Source of the DNA: Squalus acanthias | Taxonomy: Eukaryota | NCBI GenBank assembly: GCA_030390025.1 | Contig: CM059433.1 | Span: 30,134,001-30,198,000, forward strand | DNA length: 64,000 nt | Direction of reading: 5' to 3' | Shown here: one piece after another, positions 25,221 through 38,096 of the stretch | How positions within the stretch are numbered: the stretch's first letter is position 1 | Layout of the letters: each line of letters begins with the position of its first letter | The notes under the pieces: generated by a model | Told to the model about the DNA's origin: nothing | The model's database searches: none | Seen by the model: only the letters and a program-made list of their open reading frames with translations | Program-made: the position numbers and the translations under genes

Positions 25221-26622
25221 GTTCTGACTTACTTGAGCTTCAGCAAAAATCCAATGCAGTGGAATATGCCTAAAGGTACAATTTTGCGAGGGTTCAGGTT
25301 ACAAGATTGCCTACCTCAAAATTTAAAGTATTCCCTTAAATTAATGTATATGGTGAATTCTCTAAAACTGTTGGTTGTGTATTTTCTCCAAAACTGCCAT
25401 TTATTTTTCTTGCCAACTTTCTCCCCTCCCCATCTCCCCTGAAGTCACTGACTTCTTGCTGGGATATGGGACCCATTGCCTTCTGCTACCTTGCCCAAGT
25501 CGCCACCATTAATAGATGGGATGAGCATTGATCCTGACTGTCATCAGGATATTTAACCACTAGGTTCATCATAGCGGAGCCTGGACCTGTTCTCGTCTAA
25601 CATCCACACGTGAACTTTCAGCAGGGCTCACTGTTTAGTGATTTGGAATGGGAACCCTGGCCAATTCCACCTCCCCATCCCTAATATAAGGGCACTGAGG
25701 CCATTGCAGCATTCCTACCACTGCTCTAGCTGAGATCAGCTAACTCGGCACGTGATGAGTATCAAAATTAAGTCCCTTCTGGTCTATATGACTCAGCTAC
25801 CCACAGGGTGTACATGCTGACTTACTAGGAGAACCCTCAAAAATGCAACTTGTATGTCTAGGAAAAGAAATGCCACGGTCATTTTTATAGTCCTGTTTTA
25901 TTTAATTAATTAATATGACTGATATTAAGCCCCTAGGTGTGTGCTTCTACTTTTAAGTGGTTTAAAATAAAACCCTGCTGAAAGTTATTTTGAAGTTGTA
26001 GAATTTTCAGCGAGCAAGATTGATTTTTGCTTATGCTTGTCACGGCTGAGTGTAAAAATACCAAACTTTTTATTTGATGTGGAGATCAGTTGATTTGAAG
26101 AGAGAGTAAAAGGGTTTGTGCTGAATGGCAAAGCTGCAGCTTATAATTCAGGCAATGTAAAGTTGGTGCTGCTTTCTTTTGGACAGGATAAATCTAATTT
26201 CAATAACTGATAATTTAATGGAAAATTTATAATTAAGTTTTATTGAGCTAATTCATAAATTCTGATGTAAAATATGGTATCATCTCACTTTAAAATACCT
26301 TGATGTGACGGTACAACAGTGACTACACTTCAAAATGTACTTCATTACTGTTGAGCGCTTTGGGACATCCGGTGGTCATGAAAGGTGCTATATAAATGCA
26401 AGTCTTTCTTTTTACTTAAATAGCCAAACGCAATTTGCTTATAACATGCCTATTTATCCAGTATAGGCCGAAAGGCCTCCTGTGCTGTAAGATTCTATGA
26501 CTTTTGATTTGTTTGTGAGCATCACGTTTGTAACATTTTGGAACACTACTAGGTTTTTAAAGCTAAAATGTAGGGTTTTAAATGTTCAGAAATATGACTA
26601 ATGCTTCTTCCTTTCTTTAAAG

Positions 26623-28903
26623 AACCAATTCGAAGTCTGCGCAACAGTACCTTAGCCAAACGACCCAGTCCAGCAAATTTAGCCCATACAAAAAGGAAGG
26701 AACAGGTAAAATACGTCTCCATTGGAGCGGGGTCACCAAAACTGCCTGATCGGCATGAAAAACAAAGCCCAGAAAAAACTGGAGGAAAGGGTAAACCACC
26801 GCAGCAGAATGTATCAGAAAATGTACAAAGCAGTGCAGAAACTGCTTGTGAGACTGCACAGTCTGAACCTGTAGATTCAAAGAGCCCTGAACTGAGATCA
26901 ATGGGAAAGTGCATCGTACCTGAAAGTACACTTGAAATAACTTGTGGCGATCATAAACTTACAGTGGTAGAACCAGTGGAGCAGAAAGTAATTGAGTCTA
27001 TGTCAGAATCGCAGTGTTCTAGAGAACCGTTAATTGCTTTAGAGGCAGAAAAAGCCTCTCCAGATACAATAGTGGAGGATGCAAATGATCTCCATTGTGT
27101 AGAGGCGCAAGTTGCATCAGTCAGCCAAAATCCAATTGAGTCTGCTTTGGAATCGCAGTGTTCGGCAGAATTGTTAACTGAAACTGCTCAGGAGTCTGTG
27201 GTAGAGAATGTTGATGCACAAAAAATTGTGGATTGTGCCACTCATGGAGATGTACAAGCTGCAGCCACAGACCACAGTCCAGTTAAGTCTGCACTGGAAT
27301 CACAGTGCTCTACAGAATCATTAATTGATGCAGATACAGATGGAACGCCTGAAGATACCATAACAGTAGATGTTGATCTTCACAAAAATGTAGGTGAACT
27401 CCCTTGTGGAGATGTACAGGCAGCTCTAGAGGAGTTAAAGGAGATTGTAGCAGAAGAACTGAATGAAAGGATGGAAATTGTGGATAGTAACATTATTAAT
27501 GAACAGAAAGAGGAGTCAATTGAGTTGGAACCTGATGTACCAAGCACTGAAACACAACCTATAAACAAGGTGGAAGGCCTTGTGCCAAAACTAGAAGAAA
27601 GTCTGCAAAACCAAGTGGGTGAAGAATTACAGATATCTTCAGAATTAAATGCTTCTATAAATTATGTAGATGCAAAAGAAGATCTTGACACGCAGTCAAA
27701 TAAAGGAACTATACATAACAATCCTAGCAATCTTGTAAAAGAGAACATTTCGGATGCTTTGGAACTGATTGAAGTCTGTGGGAATATTAAGGCAACTCAA
27801 CTTGAGGCTGGAGTCAGTGTTTCAGAAAAGCCTGAAAGTGTGACACTTGAGGGCAAACCTGAACTAGAAGTAAATAAACCTGTTTCTCCAAAAATAGTTG
27901 CCAAAGATGTCACTGAATCTGAAAGAGTTGATGGTTCTGGTGATCACGTGGCATGTAAGAATCAGGCTAATATAAATGAGCAGGATAATTCAACGAAGCA
28001 ACAGATTGGTCCCGGTAATGAAGAAATGCAGGACCTTTCTGAACATAAAGACTATGAGGAAATTGTCCCTGAAAAGCAGGTTGATGCTACAGAGTCCAAG
28101 AGCCAGGCTTCAAAACACGAGAAGTCAGCATTGAAGCCTCAGCATAAATTTGCACAAGAGGATCCAAAACCAGAGCATACTGAACACTTTCTTCACTCAA
28201 ATAGAAAAAAAGCTAAGTTGGATATTCAGTCCTCTGAAGCACTTAAACAATCTAAGTCACATACTTCATCAATAACCAGTAAACGGAAGGCAGTAGACCA
28301 AGATGATCCTCACAAGACTGTTAAGTGTTTGAAAACACAGGTTGCACAGGATGCTAAAGTCAAAATTGACCAACCACAAAAGAGAACCTTTCGCAAGCTG
28401 TCTCCTGTTTCTCAGGTAGCAAAAATGCAAACAACGGCTACATCACAGATGTACAAGGTAGTAACGATGACTTCGGGGCATGATAAGTCAAGGAAAACAG
28501 TCCAGGCATCTAAGCATAGTTCGAATTCTATTCCGAAACTGATTGAGCTACCAGCAAAACCGGTGACTCACTGCAGCCACAAACCTGTCCCTTCGGCAGG
28601 CAAAATAGTTTCCCAACAGGCAGATAATATAAAGGAAAAAGACAAAGGAAGGATTGTGGAACATTCTAATGAAGATGATAAAGATAAAATGAAAGTCAGA
28701 AAAAATGAGAAGGGTATTCTGCCAAGGCAGAGGAGGAGCAGCAAAAGCCTCTCATTGGATGAACCACCTTTATTTATCCCAGATAATTTACCTATGGTAA
28801 AAAAGGAGGAAACTGACCCGGACCATTCTGTCCCTGTTGCTACTTCAGATTTATGGGACCCCAAAAAACTATGTGGTTTTTGTCGGAAACCACACAACAG
28901 CAG
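26623..28903 (+). CDS. PHF3: PHF3 large coding exon (2281 nt), disordered region to first half of PHD finger
   Basis: 768-aa ORF 26601..28907. Acceptor ctttaaag|AACCA gives EPIRSLRNSTLAKR. Contains RQRRSSKSLSLDEPPLFIPDN and ends LCGFCRKPHNSR with donor AG|gtgag (phase 2). Confidence 0.95.
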
Positions 28904-30539
28904 GTGAGCTCTTGTGTAACCAAAATCCTGCACATGTTTTCTGTGAGTAGATCATTTTCTAGGTTGTTAGTAAAAATTGAAAAGAGAAAGGAATTGTATT
29001 GATGCCTAAAATATTTCCTCAGTTTGCTGACAATTAACATGTCAACTTTTCTTTGAAACCATCTCTCTCTTGGGAATTTTAAACATGATTTGGTAGAATG
29101 TAGTGACAATCTTGCATCACTGGTAACGAGAGCATTTAATGTCTAAAGGTAAATTATATAACGGGGGTTTTTAGAGGGATATTCGGCAGTGCTATGCAGC
29201 ATTGTTCATGCTGTGCACACACTAAAATGGTCACTGTGGCCTGACCACTGGTGAAATTTGTAATGTCAGAAAACAGCTGAATGTATATCGTGCTGCCCCC
29301 CCCCCCCGCGCCACGGTATAAATTTTAAGGTATCTCGATAGGCATCTAATTCTTTTAATTTTGCTATTTATTTTTTAAAACTTGGCTTTGCAATTGTATC
29401 TTCATTCGATATAAAATACTTAACTGATGCCAGTTTGGTTGCAGTTATGCTGCTAATGTTGCATCTGTGTAAAGCAAAACCCAGCTTTGTAGTTGTAGAT
29501 GTACAGTATAAACACACTGATTCTTAGACCTATTGAAATTTTGCAATACCATAATTTATTCCTCCCTACGTCACTGATTTTTTTTTAAAATGTGTAGTTC
29601 GAGCTACTTCCTGCCATCCTTTCCTTCAGATCTGGAGTGATTAACTAGAAAATGAATTTAGGTTTGACTGCAAGTGGGAAAGAAATGGGCAGTTAGTCTG
29701 TTATACTTGCCCCATTTGCAATGGCAGCTCTAGCAGTATTTTGTAGTTCTTTCCACCGCCCCCCCGCACAAATTAATATTGAAGCTATTGCCAGGGATAT
29801 TAAGTATAGGCATGGTCAACATGGGTTATTTCCATTGGTAAGTAAATTGAAGACAAGCCGTAATCTCCAGATAAGTACTAGATACCTAAAGGAGGAGATG
29901 AGAAAAAAACCTATTCATGCAAAGAATTATCAGAATGTGGAATGCTTTGCTGCAAATAGTGATTGATACTAAATAAAAATGCTAGAAACACACCACAGGT
30001 AAGTTAATGTTTCAGGCGTACAGCCCTTCAACAAAAATGGACGGTGAACAAACATTTTAATAGAACTAGCTGCTTCTATTGTGGTTAGCTGATGCATGTC
30101 ATGTGCTAGAACCTCATGTTCTCAAAATGTGAACATACAAAGCTCAGCAAATCCCAAATACTGTATTTTCAAATAATGAATAACAAATTCAGGTCTTTTT
30201 TTCCCCCCCAGTAGAACAAGTAAATTATTGGGCAATTTAATAGAAATGTTTTAAGATTATGAAAGGATGGGACAGGGTTGATAGACGCAGCCTATTTCCA
30301 GTAGTTATGGGGGGGGCCTAGATTGAGGTGCTTTAGCTACAAGATTAAATGTAAAAGATTTAGAACAGAGACCAAACAAATATCTTTACATAGAGCTGAG
30401 GCTGTAGGATTCACATTTGGGGCTAGTGGTTGAGGCAGAAGCTATGTCAATATTCAGATTAGGTAGGATAGGTGGAGGAAGATAAAGGATCAGGCAGATT
30501 AATGTGGTTGGGACTACAGGTTGGGACTCTGCTTGTATG

Positions 30540-30865
30540 ACACTCCAGTACAGTACTGAGGGAGTGCTGTACTGTCGGAGGTGCCGTCTTTTGAATGAGA
30601 CGTTAAGCCTGCCCTCGGGCACGTAATGGCATTTTTGAAGAAGAGCCGGGGAATTCTCCTGGCCAATATTTATCCCTCAACCAACATCACTAAAACAGAT
30701 TATCTGTTCATTTATATAATTGCTGTTTGCGGGACCTTGCTGTGCGCAAATTGGCTGCCGCGTTTCCTATATTACAACAGTGACTACACTTCAAAAGTGC
30801 TTAATTGACTGTAAAATGTTTTGGGATGTCCTGAGATCATGAAAGGTAGAAATGCAAGTCTTTTT
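30540..30865 (+). mobile_element. 5'-truncated copy of the L2-tailed tRNA SINE, within CR1 debris (30240-30950)
   Basis: Colinear with 2740-3420 and 60070-60570. Confidence 0.85.
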
Positions 30866-31051
30866 ACTTCAAAGTGCAGTAAGCAAGTATGACCAGAGGA
30901 CATGAGGTTACTGAAAAGTAAATTTCGAACACACATCAGAAGAAAACTCTAGTTGAGATTCCAAGCAGTGAAATTTACTAATACTTTTGGGAAACATTTC
31001 TAACCATCTTTCATCCTTAATCCAGTTGACCTAGATTTTATTTGTATTCAG

Positions 31052-31427
31052 GTTTATGGTAGGGTGTGGAAGATGTGATGATTGGTTTCACGGAGAGTGT
31101 GTTGGACTGACACTTGGCCAAGCCCAGCAACTGGAGAAAGAGGACAAAGAATATATTTGTTTGAAATGTTGTGCTGTGGAAGACAAAAAGGCTCCAAAAG
31201 TCAATCACAGTCACACAATAAAACATCAGTGTGAGCAAAATGACATGGAAAAAGCAAAGCCTGAATTATTCCATGAACAGACAATCCATTTAAAAAGTGA
31301 AAAGATGAGCTATTCAGAAGAACTAAATGCTACAACTAATGCTGCTGGCATAACATCAAAAACAGAAATAATAAAGATCGAGCAGTTGCCAAATGAGAAG
31401 AAACACAAGGTCAAAATATTAAGAAAG
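31052..31427 (+). CDS. PHF3: PHF3 exon completing the PHD finger (376 nt)
   Basis: ttcag|GTTTATG gives R-FMVGCGRCDDWFHGECVGL...EYICLKCC, completing C4HC3 with the previous exon. Ends KVKILRK|gtaag (phase 0). Confidence 0.95.
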
Positions 31428-32412
31428 GTAAGATATGTGTTTTCTATTTGTACATCATGTGTCCAAATTCATTTAGAATCAGTGCAGCTGTTAGTTTTTT
31501 ATCATTGTTTATTAAACCAATATCTAGGGCTCCAACTTCAAAATGTATTATTCAGTGTTCTCCAGTGACGTGAGTTTCTAAAATCCCTATAACCCTAATA
31601 AAAATGACGCTTCTAAGCACACTGTTAAAGACCTGCATTTTCTAGGTCTCGCAAGCTGACATTGGGTCTCCAATTCAAGCTAAAAGTACAGAGCAAAATT
31701 CCTTTCCTTTTATAATGAGTTGAAATTAGAGGTTTGTGGGTATGTTGTGATTCAATTATAGTTGCTGTTTCCTACAGTCTAACTTCGTACAAAGTTCTTT
31801 TAATTCATTTAAGTTTATGAAGTCTTCCTTTTGCATTGAGCGTTGAAAGTATCTTAAATATTAACTTACCACATTTTGCTATTTTGACTCTAACTTGGAC
31901 TGTAGGGTTGCCTTGTTTCAAAGTCGGCATTGAACGTTGCAATGATTTTTCCCAGGGATAGTTCACACAAAAGCTGTTTATGTTGTGACGAGTTTCTTTG
32001 CTTCACCAGACAACTAACAACCATTTAATTGGTGGGATCTGGGATATAGACATAGTATTGCCTGTGTGTCACATACGTGATGGCAATCATTTTCATCCTA
32101 TTATCCAAAACTGTTTGAGGGTCTTACAAATTAGACTTGCACATTCTCCACTGTTGCAAAAAAATGCCAATGATCAAGAGCCTTCGATATGCTACATCGA
32201 GTGGTCACAACGCACCAGCTGGGATATGATCAGAGCCCCCAGGAGAACAACACCTAATGCATCAAACTAAACTTGGATCATTATGGCTGGCTTTGGACTC
32301 GTGTGAGGGGTTGAACTGACGATATGACCGTGGCCCGTTACAATAACAACCATAGTGGATTTGATCTGCGTCCCTTTGCCTTGATACCAAATGCATTTCC
32401 CATTGGTATCAG

Positions 32413-32648
32413 ATAAGAACATAAGAAATAGGAGCAGGAGTAGGCCATATGGCCCCTGGAGTCTGTTCCGCCATTCAATAAGATCATGGCTGATCTTCGA
32501 CATCAACTCCACTTTCCCGCCCAATCCCCATATTCCTTGATTCCCCATGAGTCCAAAAATCTGTCTAGCTCAGCCTTGAATATACTCAACGATTCAGCAT
32601 CCACAGTCTTCTCAGGTAGAGAATTCCAAAGATTCACAACCCTCTGAG
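32413..32648 (-). mobile_element. CR1 LINE 3' end
   Basis: ATAAGAACATAAGAAATAGGAGCAGGAGTAGGCCAT terminus; same family as 35352 and 37779. Confidence 0.88.
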
Positions 32649-34544
32649 ATGAACTATACAGATCTGTTGGGCTTAGTACCTTGGGCTACAGAATCAAATG
32701 GCAATGCCTTTAGCAGAGTCTCGGCACGTGAATTGCCACTCCATTTGGAGGTGATTAACCTTATCTTCAAAATGTAGCCAATCCAGAAATAGTTCTTGTG
32801 ACTAACCTGCAGAACAAGAGGCTACTGGAATTCTGTTGTAGGCTCTGATAAACTGCCTTCCTACTGTTCTGTGATGCAACTGAGCTCTGATGCATTATGC
32901 TGTTTATTTTGTAACTGAGATTGAGAGGGCACAGAATATGGGAATGAACAGAATGGTATTTGAAGCTGAAGTGCAGGTTTAAGTTCTATTGGAATAAATT
33001 AAGCCCTAAGCAATTGTGATTCCATTGCAGTTCTACATTTTTTTTTTACTTGGGTTTTTTTAAGGTAGTAAAATTTCAGTTCAATTTACAGAGCAGGCAG
33101 CTCTAATTTTATTTTGTCTATTGTAAACCAAGCAAGAGTTCCTGCATAAGTGTGAGTGTGTAGTTTTTCTTTAGAAGTGCAAGTTGCCCAACAGTCAAGC
33201 TATGGTACTGTTTTTGCTTTAATTATAAATCGTATGTTCAGAATGGTTAGAGTGCTCACTTTGGAGAAGGATCCCGGAGGCAAGGGGGTGGGGGGAAAAG
33301 AGAGAAACCTTAGTGAACTTGTGTAAGTGCTGAGTAAATGCATGCCGTTAACTTTATTATTGTCTGGTAGTCAATTATTGATTATTCCAAGCATATGGTG
33401 ATTATATTAAACCTTTCAATGTGAACATCACACATCAACCGCTCAGTTCACGAGCTGTCTGTGGAGCCGCACTGCTTGCAGCCAACACAAACTTTGTTGG
33501 GAGAGGAAGACTGGGGACAATTACCTCCAGGAGCCCCAGTTATGTGTTAGATATACTGGTGGTTACAGAAATCTCATGTCAGCATTCAGACAATGGCCAT
33601 AGCCTGCTCAAACTTTGCTCTTTGTTTTTTAAACACACTGAACTTGATAAGATATACACTTTTATATTTACTGTAAAACCCAGTTGTATAATTCTAAAGA
33701 GGTAATTTTAAACTGATTAAAATTTTAATTTGATCCTATTCTGTTGTACTTCTGACTAGTCAGGTTTGTATTTAATTTTTGTGAATAGCAGTTTTAAAGC
33801 CTAAAACACAACAGCAATGGTAAATGAGACATCAATAATTGTGCAAAAATTACTTTAGTACATGCAGCATTATTTGACCTTAAAGTAGAATTCATCTCGC
33901 CTTAACTACTTTTAAAAGTCCCTTGACAATTTTAGAATTGGATGTTTGCACAATAAAGGTTAAATGCCAATCATAGAACTAAAATATGTATACTGTTGCA
34001 CAGTGAGAATAAGCCAACTATGGCATATGCATTTGTTTTATTCAGGGATAGGTATATTCCTGTTAATTTTGAGATTGTAATATATACCACTAAAGCAATA
34101 AATGCCAGCTATTAGCAAGAATGGGGAAGTTCTCATTTCAAAAAATTGGCTAGTAACTGACTGGGGAGTTTATTGAAAGGGTTCAAAATTAACAAGTTCC
34201 AAACAGCTATTCAAAATCTCAGGCTGGTAAAAGCTTAAATGTGTTTGAAAAAATTGCAGAAAGCAAAACTCTCAGAAAACAGCAAATTAAAAAGTCATGA
34301 AGCAGAACAAAAATTTCTGGGTAACAGGAAAAAATGCAACATCTTATTCACGGCTTGCACCATCCTAGAAGCCATTTTAATTGACATTTTTAAAGGAAAT
34401 CACCAGGTAAGGGCTCCACAGCGACCTTCCCTCTAAGCTGCACGGCCACGCAGCTGTTTGCTGGGCCGGCTTTTTCAATGTTAAGTTTCACGTATGCACG
34501 AAACTGAAGGGGCCGTGCACAGTGCTGCATTTTCAAGAATCTGG

Positions 34545-35150
34545 ATCGTAATTGCCTAGGAAACTAAACCCCATATCCTTTCCATCACAAAGACCATCTA
34601 CCTCTGCCCCTATATTAACCCCTTCGCTGCTGAATTTCTTATGCCTTTCACTTCCAAACTTGACTACTCCAATACTGACCTCCCTTCTTCCACCCTCTAA
34701 ACTTCAATTTGTCCAAAACTCTGCTGCACACATCCTGTCCTGCTTACTCACCACCTATGTCCTCACTGACCTATATCGCCTCGCTGTGCCCCAATGCATT
34801 AAATTTAAAATTTTCGTCTTTAAATAGCTCCACAGCCATGCCCTACTCCATCTTATCGCCACAATCTCCTCCACCCCATCAACCCTCTCATACAGTCCAT
34901 TCCGCTTGTCTATCGCCTTTCCACCCTGCCACCTTGTCAAGTGTTTTCAGCTGCCTGGGTCCTACTCGCTGCTAGTCCTCCCTAAACCTCTCCACCTCCC
35001 TTTTTTTAAAAAAAGACCTTCTCAAAATCCATCTCTTTGACCAAGTCTGTCTTTGCTCATTTCTATGTAAGCCACAGTTGCATTTTCGGCAGATGCTATT
35101 TTTGCTTTCACCACCTCTCATTTGTGAAACCGGCTTTATAAAATGCAGAG
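34545..35150 (+). mobile_element. Degenerate L2 3' fragment
   Basis: KLQFVQNSAAHIL...LTDLYRLAVPQCIKFKI parallels 22380-22530. Confidence 0.75.
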
Positions 35151-35351
35151 ACATACTGAGATGTACATTTGTTCTGGCAACTTAAATTTCACTTTGAATT
35201 AACAGCTATCGAATGCAGACCTCACAGGTTGTTTTTGAACATTACATGTTGCTGGCTTCTGGAAGGCCGCAATCTTTTAAGAACAGAATATCGGGAGATA
35301 ATTGAGGGTACAGTTTGGGGCTGTCACCCATTGCTCTGAATTAGTCAAGTA

Positions 35352-37712
35352 ATAGAAACATAGATAGGAGCAGGAGTAGGCCATTCGGCCCCTCGAGCCT
35401 GCTCCGCCATTCAATGCGATCATGGCTGATCATCCAAATTCAGTACCCTGTCCTTGCTATCTCCCCATATCCCTTGATCCCCCTTAGCCTTAAGAAATAT
35501 ATCTAACTCTAAATATATTCAAGAAGGAGTTGGCCTCAACTGCCTTCTGTGGTAGAGAATTCCACAGGTTCACCACTCTCTGGGTGAAGAAATTCCTCCT
35601 CATCTCAGTCCTAAATGGCTTACCCCTTATCCTTAGACTGTGACCCCTGGTTCTGGACTTCCCCTGCCATCGGGAACAGCCTTCCTGCATCTAGTCTGTC
35701 TAGTCCTGTTAGAATTTTATAAGTTTCAATGAGATCCCCTCTCATTCTTCTAAACTCTAGCGAATATAAGCCTAATCGACCCAATCTCTCTTCATACGTC
35801 ATTCCTGCCACCCAGGTATCAGTCTGGTGAATCTTCGCTGCACTCCCTCCATGGAAAGAACATCGTTCCTCAGATAAGGTGACCAAAACTGCACACAATA
35901 CTCAAGGTGTGGTCTCACCAAGACCCTGTACAACTGCAGCAAGACATCCTTGCTCCTGTACTCGAATCCTCTCGCTATGAAGGCCAACATACCATTTGCC
36001 TTCTTAACCGCCTGCTGCACCTGCATGCTTACCTTCAGCGACTGGTGCACAAGGACACCCAGGTCTCGTTGCACTTCCCCTTTTCCCAATCTATTGCCTT
36101 CAGATAATCTGTCTTCCTGTTATTGCCACCAATTTGGATAACCTCGCATTTATCCACATTATACTGCATCTGCCATGCATCTGCCCAATCACCCAACCTG
36201 TCCAAATCATACTGGAGTTTCTCTGCATCCTCCTCACAGCACAGACGCCCACCCAGCTTTGTGTCATCTGCAAACTTGGAGATATTACATCTAGTTCCCT
36301 CGTCTAGATCATTAATATATATTGTGAATAACGGGTCCTAGCACCAATCCCTGTGGTACCCCACTAGTCACTGCCTGCCACTCGGAAAAAGACCCGTTTA
36401 TTCCAACTCTTTGCTTCCTGTCTGCCAACCAGTTCTCTATCCAAGTCAGTACCTTACCCCCAATCCCATGTGCTTTAACTTTGCACGCTAATCTCTTATG
36501 CGGGACCTAATCAAAAGCCTTCTGAAAGTCCAAATACACCACATCCACTGGTTCTCCCTTATCTATTCTACCAGTTACATCCTCAAAAAATTCCAGTAGA
36601 TTAGTCAAGCATGATTTACCTTTTGTAAATCCATGTTGACTTTGTCCGATCCTGTCACTGTTTTCCAAGTGCTCTGCTATTACATTTTTTATAATGGCCT
36701 CTAGCATTTTCCCCACTACCGATGTCAGGCTTACCGGTCTATAATTCCCCATTTTCTCTCTACCACCTTTTTTAAATAGTGGGGTTACATTAGCTACCCT
36801 CCAATCCATGGGAACTGTTCCAGAGTCTCTAGAATTTTGGAAGATGACCAGCAATGCATCTACTATTTCTAGGGCCACTTCCTTAAGTGCCCTAGGATAT
36901 AGATTATCAGGCCCTGGGGATTTATCGGCCTTCAATCCTGTCAGTTTCCCTAACACCATTTCCCTCCAAATACTGATTTCTTTCAGTTCCTCCCTCTCTT
37001 AGACCCTATGTTCCCCGACATCTCTGGGAGTTTATTTGTGTCCTCCTTTGTGAAGACAAAACCAAAGTATGTATTTAATTGGTTTGCCATTTCTTTGTTC
37101 CCCATTATAAATTCCCCTGATTCTGACTGCAAGGGACCTACGCTTGACTTCACCAATCTTTTTCTCTTCACATATCTGTAGAAGCTTTTACAGTCAGTTT
37201 TTATGTTCCCTGCAAGCTTACTCTCATACTCTATTTTCCCCCTCTTAATTAATCCCTTTGTCCTCCTTTGCTGAATCCTAAACTGCTCCCAATCCTCAGG
37301 ATTGCTGCTTTTTCTGGCCAATTTATATGTCCTCTCCTTGGATCTTATGCTATCCCTAATTTTCCTTGTTAGCCACGGTTGAGTCACCTTTTTTGTTTTA
37401 TTTTTATGCCAAACAGGGATGAACAAGTTCTGTAGTTCATCCATGCGATCTTTAAATGTTTGCCATTGCCTATCCACCGTCAACCCTTTAAGTAACATTC
37501 CCCAAACCATCCTAGCCAACTCGCGCCTCATACCATCGTAGTTTCCTTTTATTTAAATTCAGTACCCCAGTCTCTGAGTCAACTACTAATTCACTCTCCA
37601 TCTTAATGAAGAATTTTATCATATTATGATCGCTCCTCCCCAAGGGGCCTCATGCAACAAGATTGCTAATTAATCCTTTCTCATTACATAATACCCAATC
37701 TAAAATGGCCTG
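35352..37712 (-). mobile_element. CR1 LINE, ~2.4 kb, 5'-truncated and frameshifted
   Basis: KSPGPD, NYRPVSLTSVVGKMLE, SQHGF..GKSCLTNLLEFF, DVVYLDFQKAFD, FADD, RPHLEYCVQFWSP across ORFs 35490-37531; CR1 tail. Confidence 0.96.
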
Positions 37713-37778
37713 TAATGATACAGTCGTAGCGTTCCCTACAACCACAGTACCGTTGGTATCCTGAGACCACTCGCCATA

Positions 37779-38025
37779 TAAGAACATAAGAAATAGGAGC
37801 AGGAGTAGACCAATCGGCCCCTCGAGCCTGCTGCGCCATTCAATGAGATCATGGCTGATCTGATCCAACCTCAACTCTAAAGAACACAAGAAGTAGGAGC
37901 AGGACCAGGCCACTCGGCCCCTGGGCCCGCTCCGCCATCCACAGGGCCTTGACCGATCCAAACTCAAACTCATGTCCAATTTCCAGCCCGCTCCCCGTAA
38001 CCCCTGATTCCCTTTACTTCTAGGA
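37779..38025 (-). mobile_element. Two stacked CR1-type 3' termini
   Basis: AAGAACATAAGAAATAGGAGCAGGAG at 37780 and AAGAACACAAGAAGTAGGAGCAGGAC at 37880. Confidence 0.75.
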
Positions 38026-38096
38026 ATGTATAAAATGCTTGCAACTTCCTGTTTGTCATGCCTATTTCTGTGTCACCCATGTGACATTTAATAATG

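Noticed and set aside
26601..31568. DIDO1 rather than PHF3
   Set aside because: The N-terminal MDIVD...SDKDPMLGSAS, SPRKSPRL and SLDEPPLFIPDN motifs and the CGRCDDWFHG PHD are PHF3-type.
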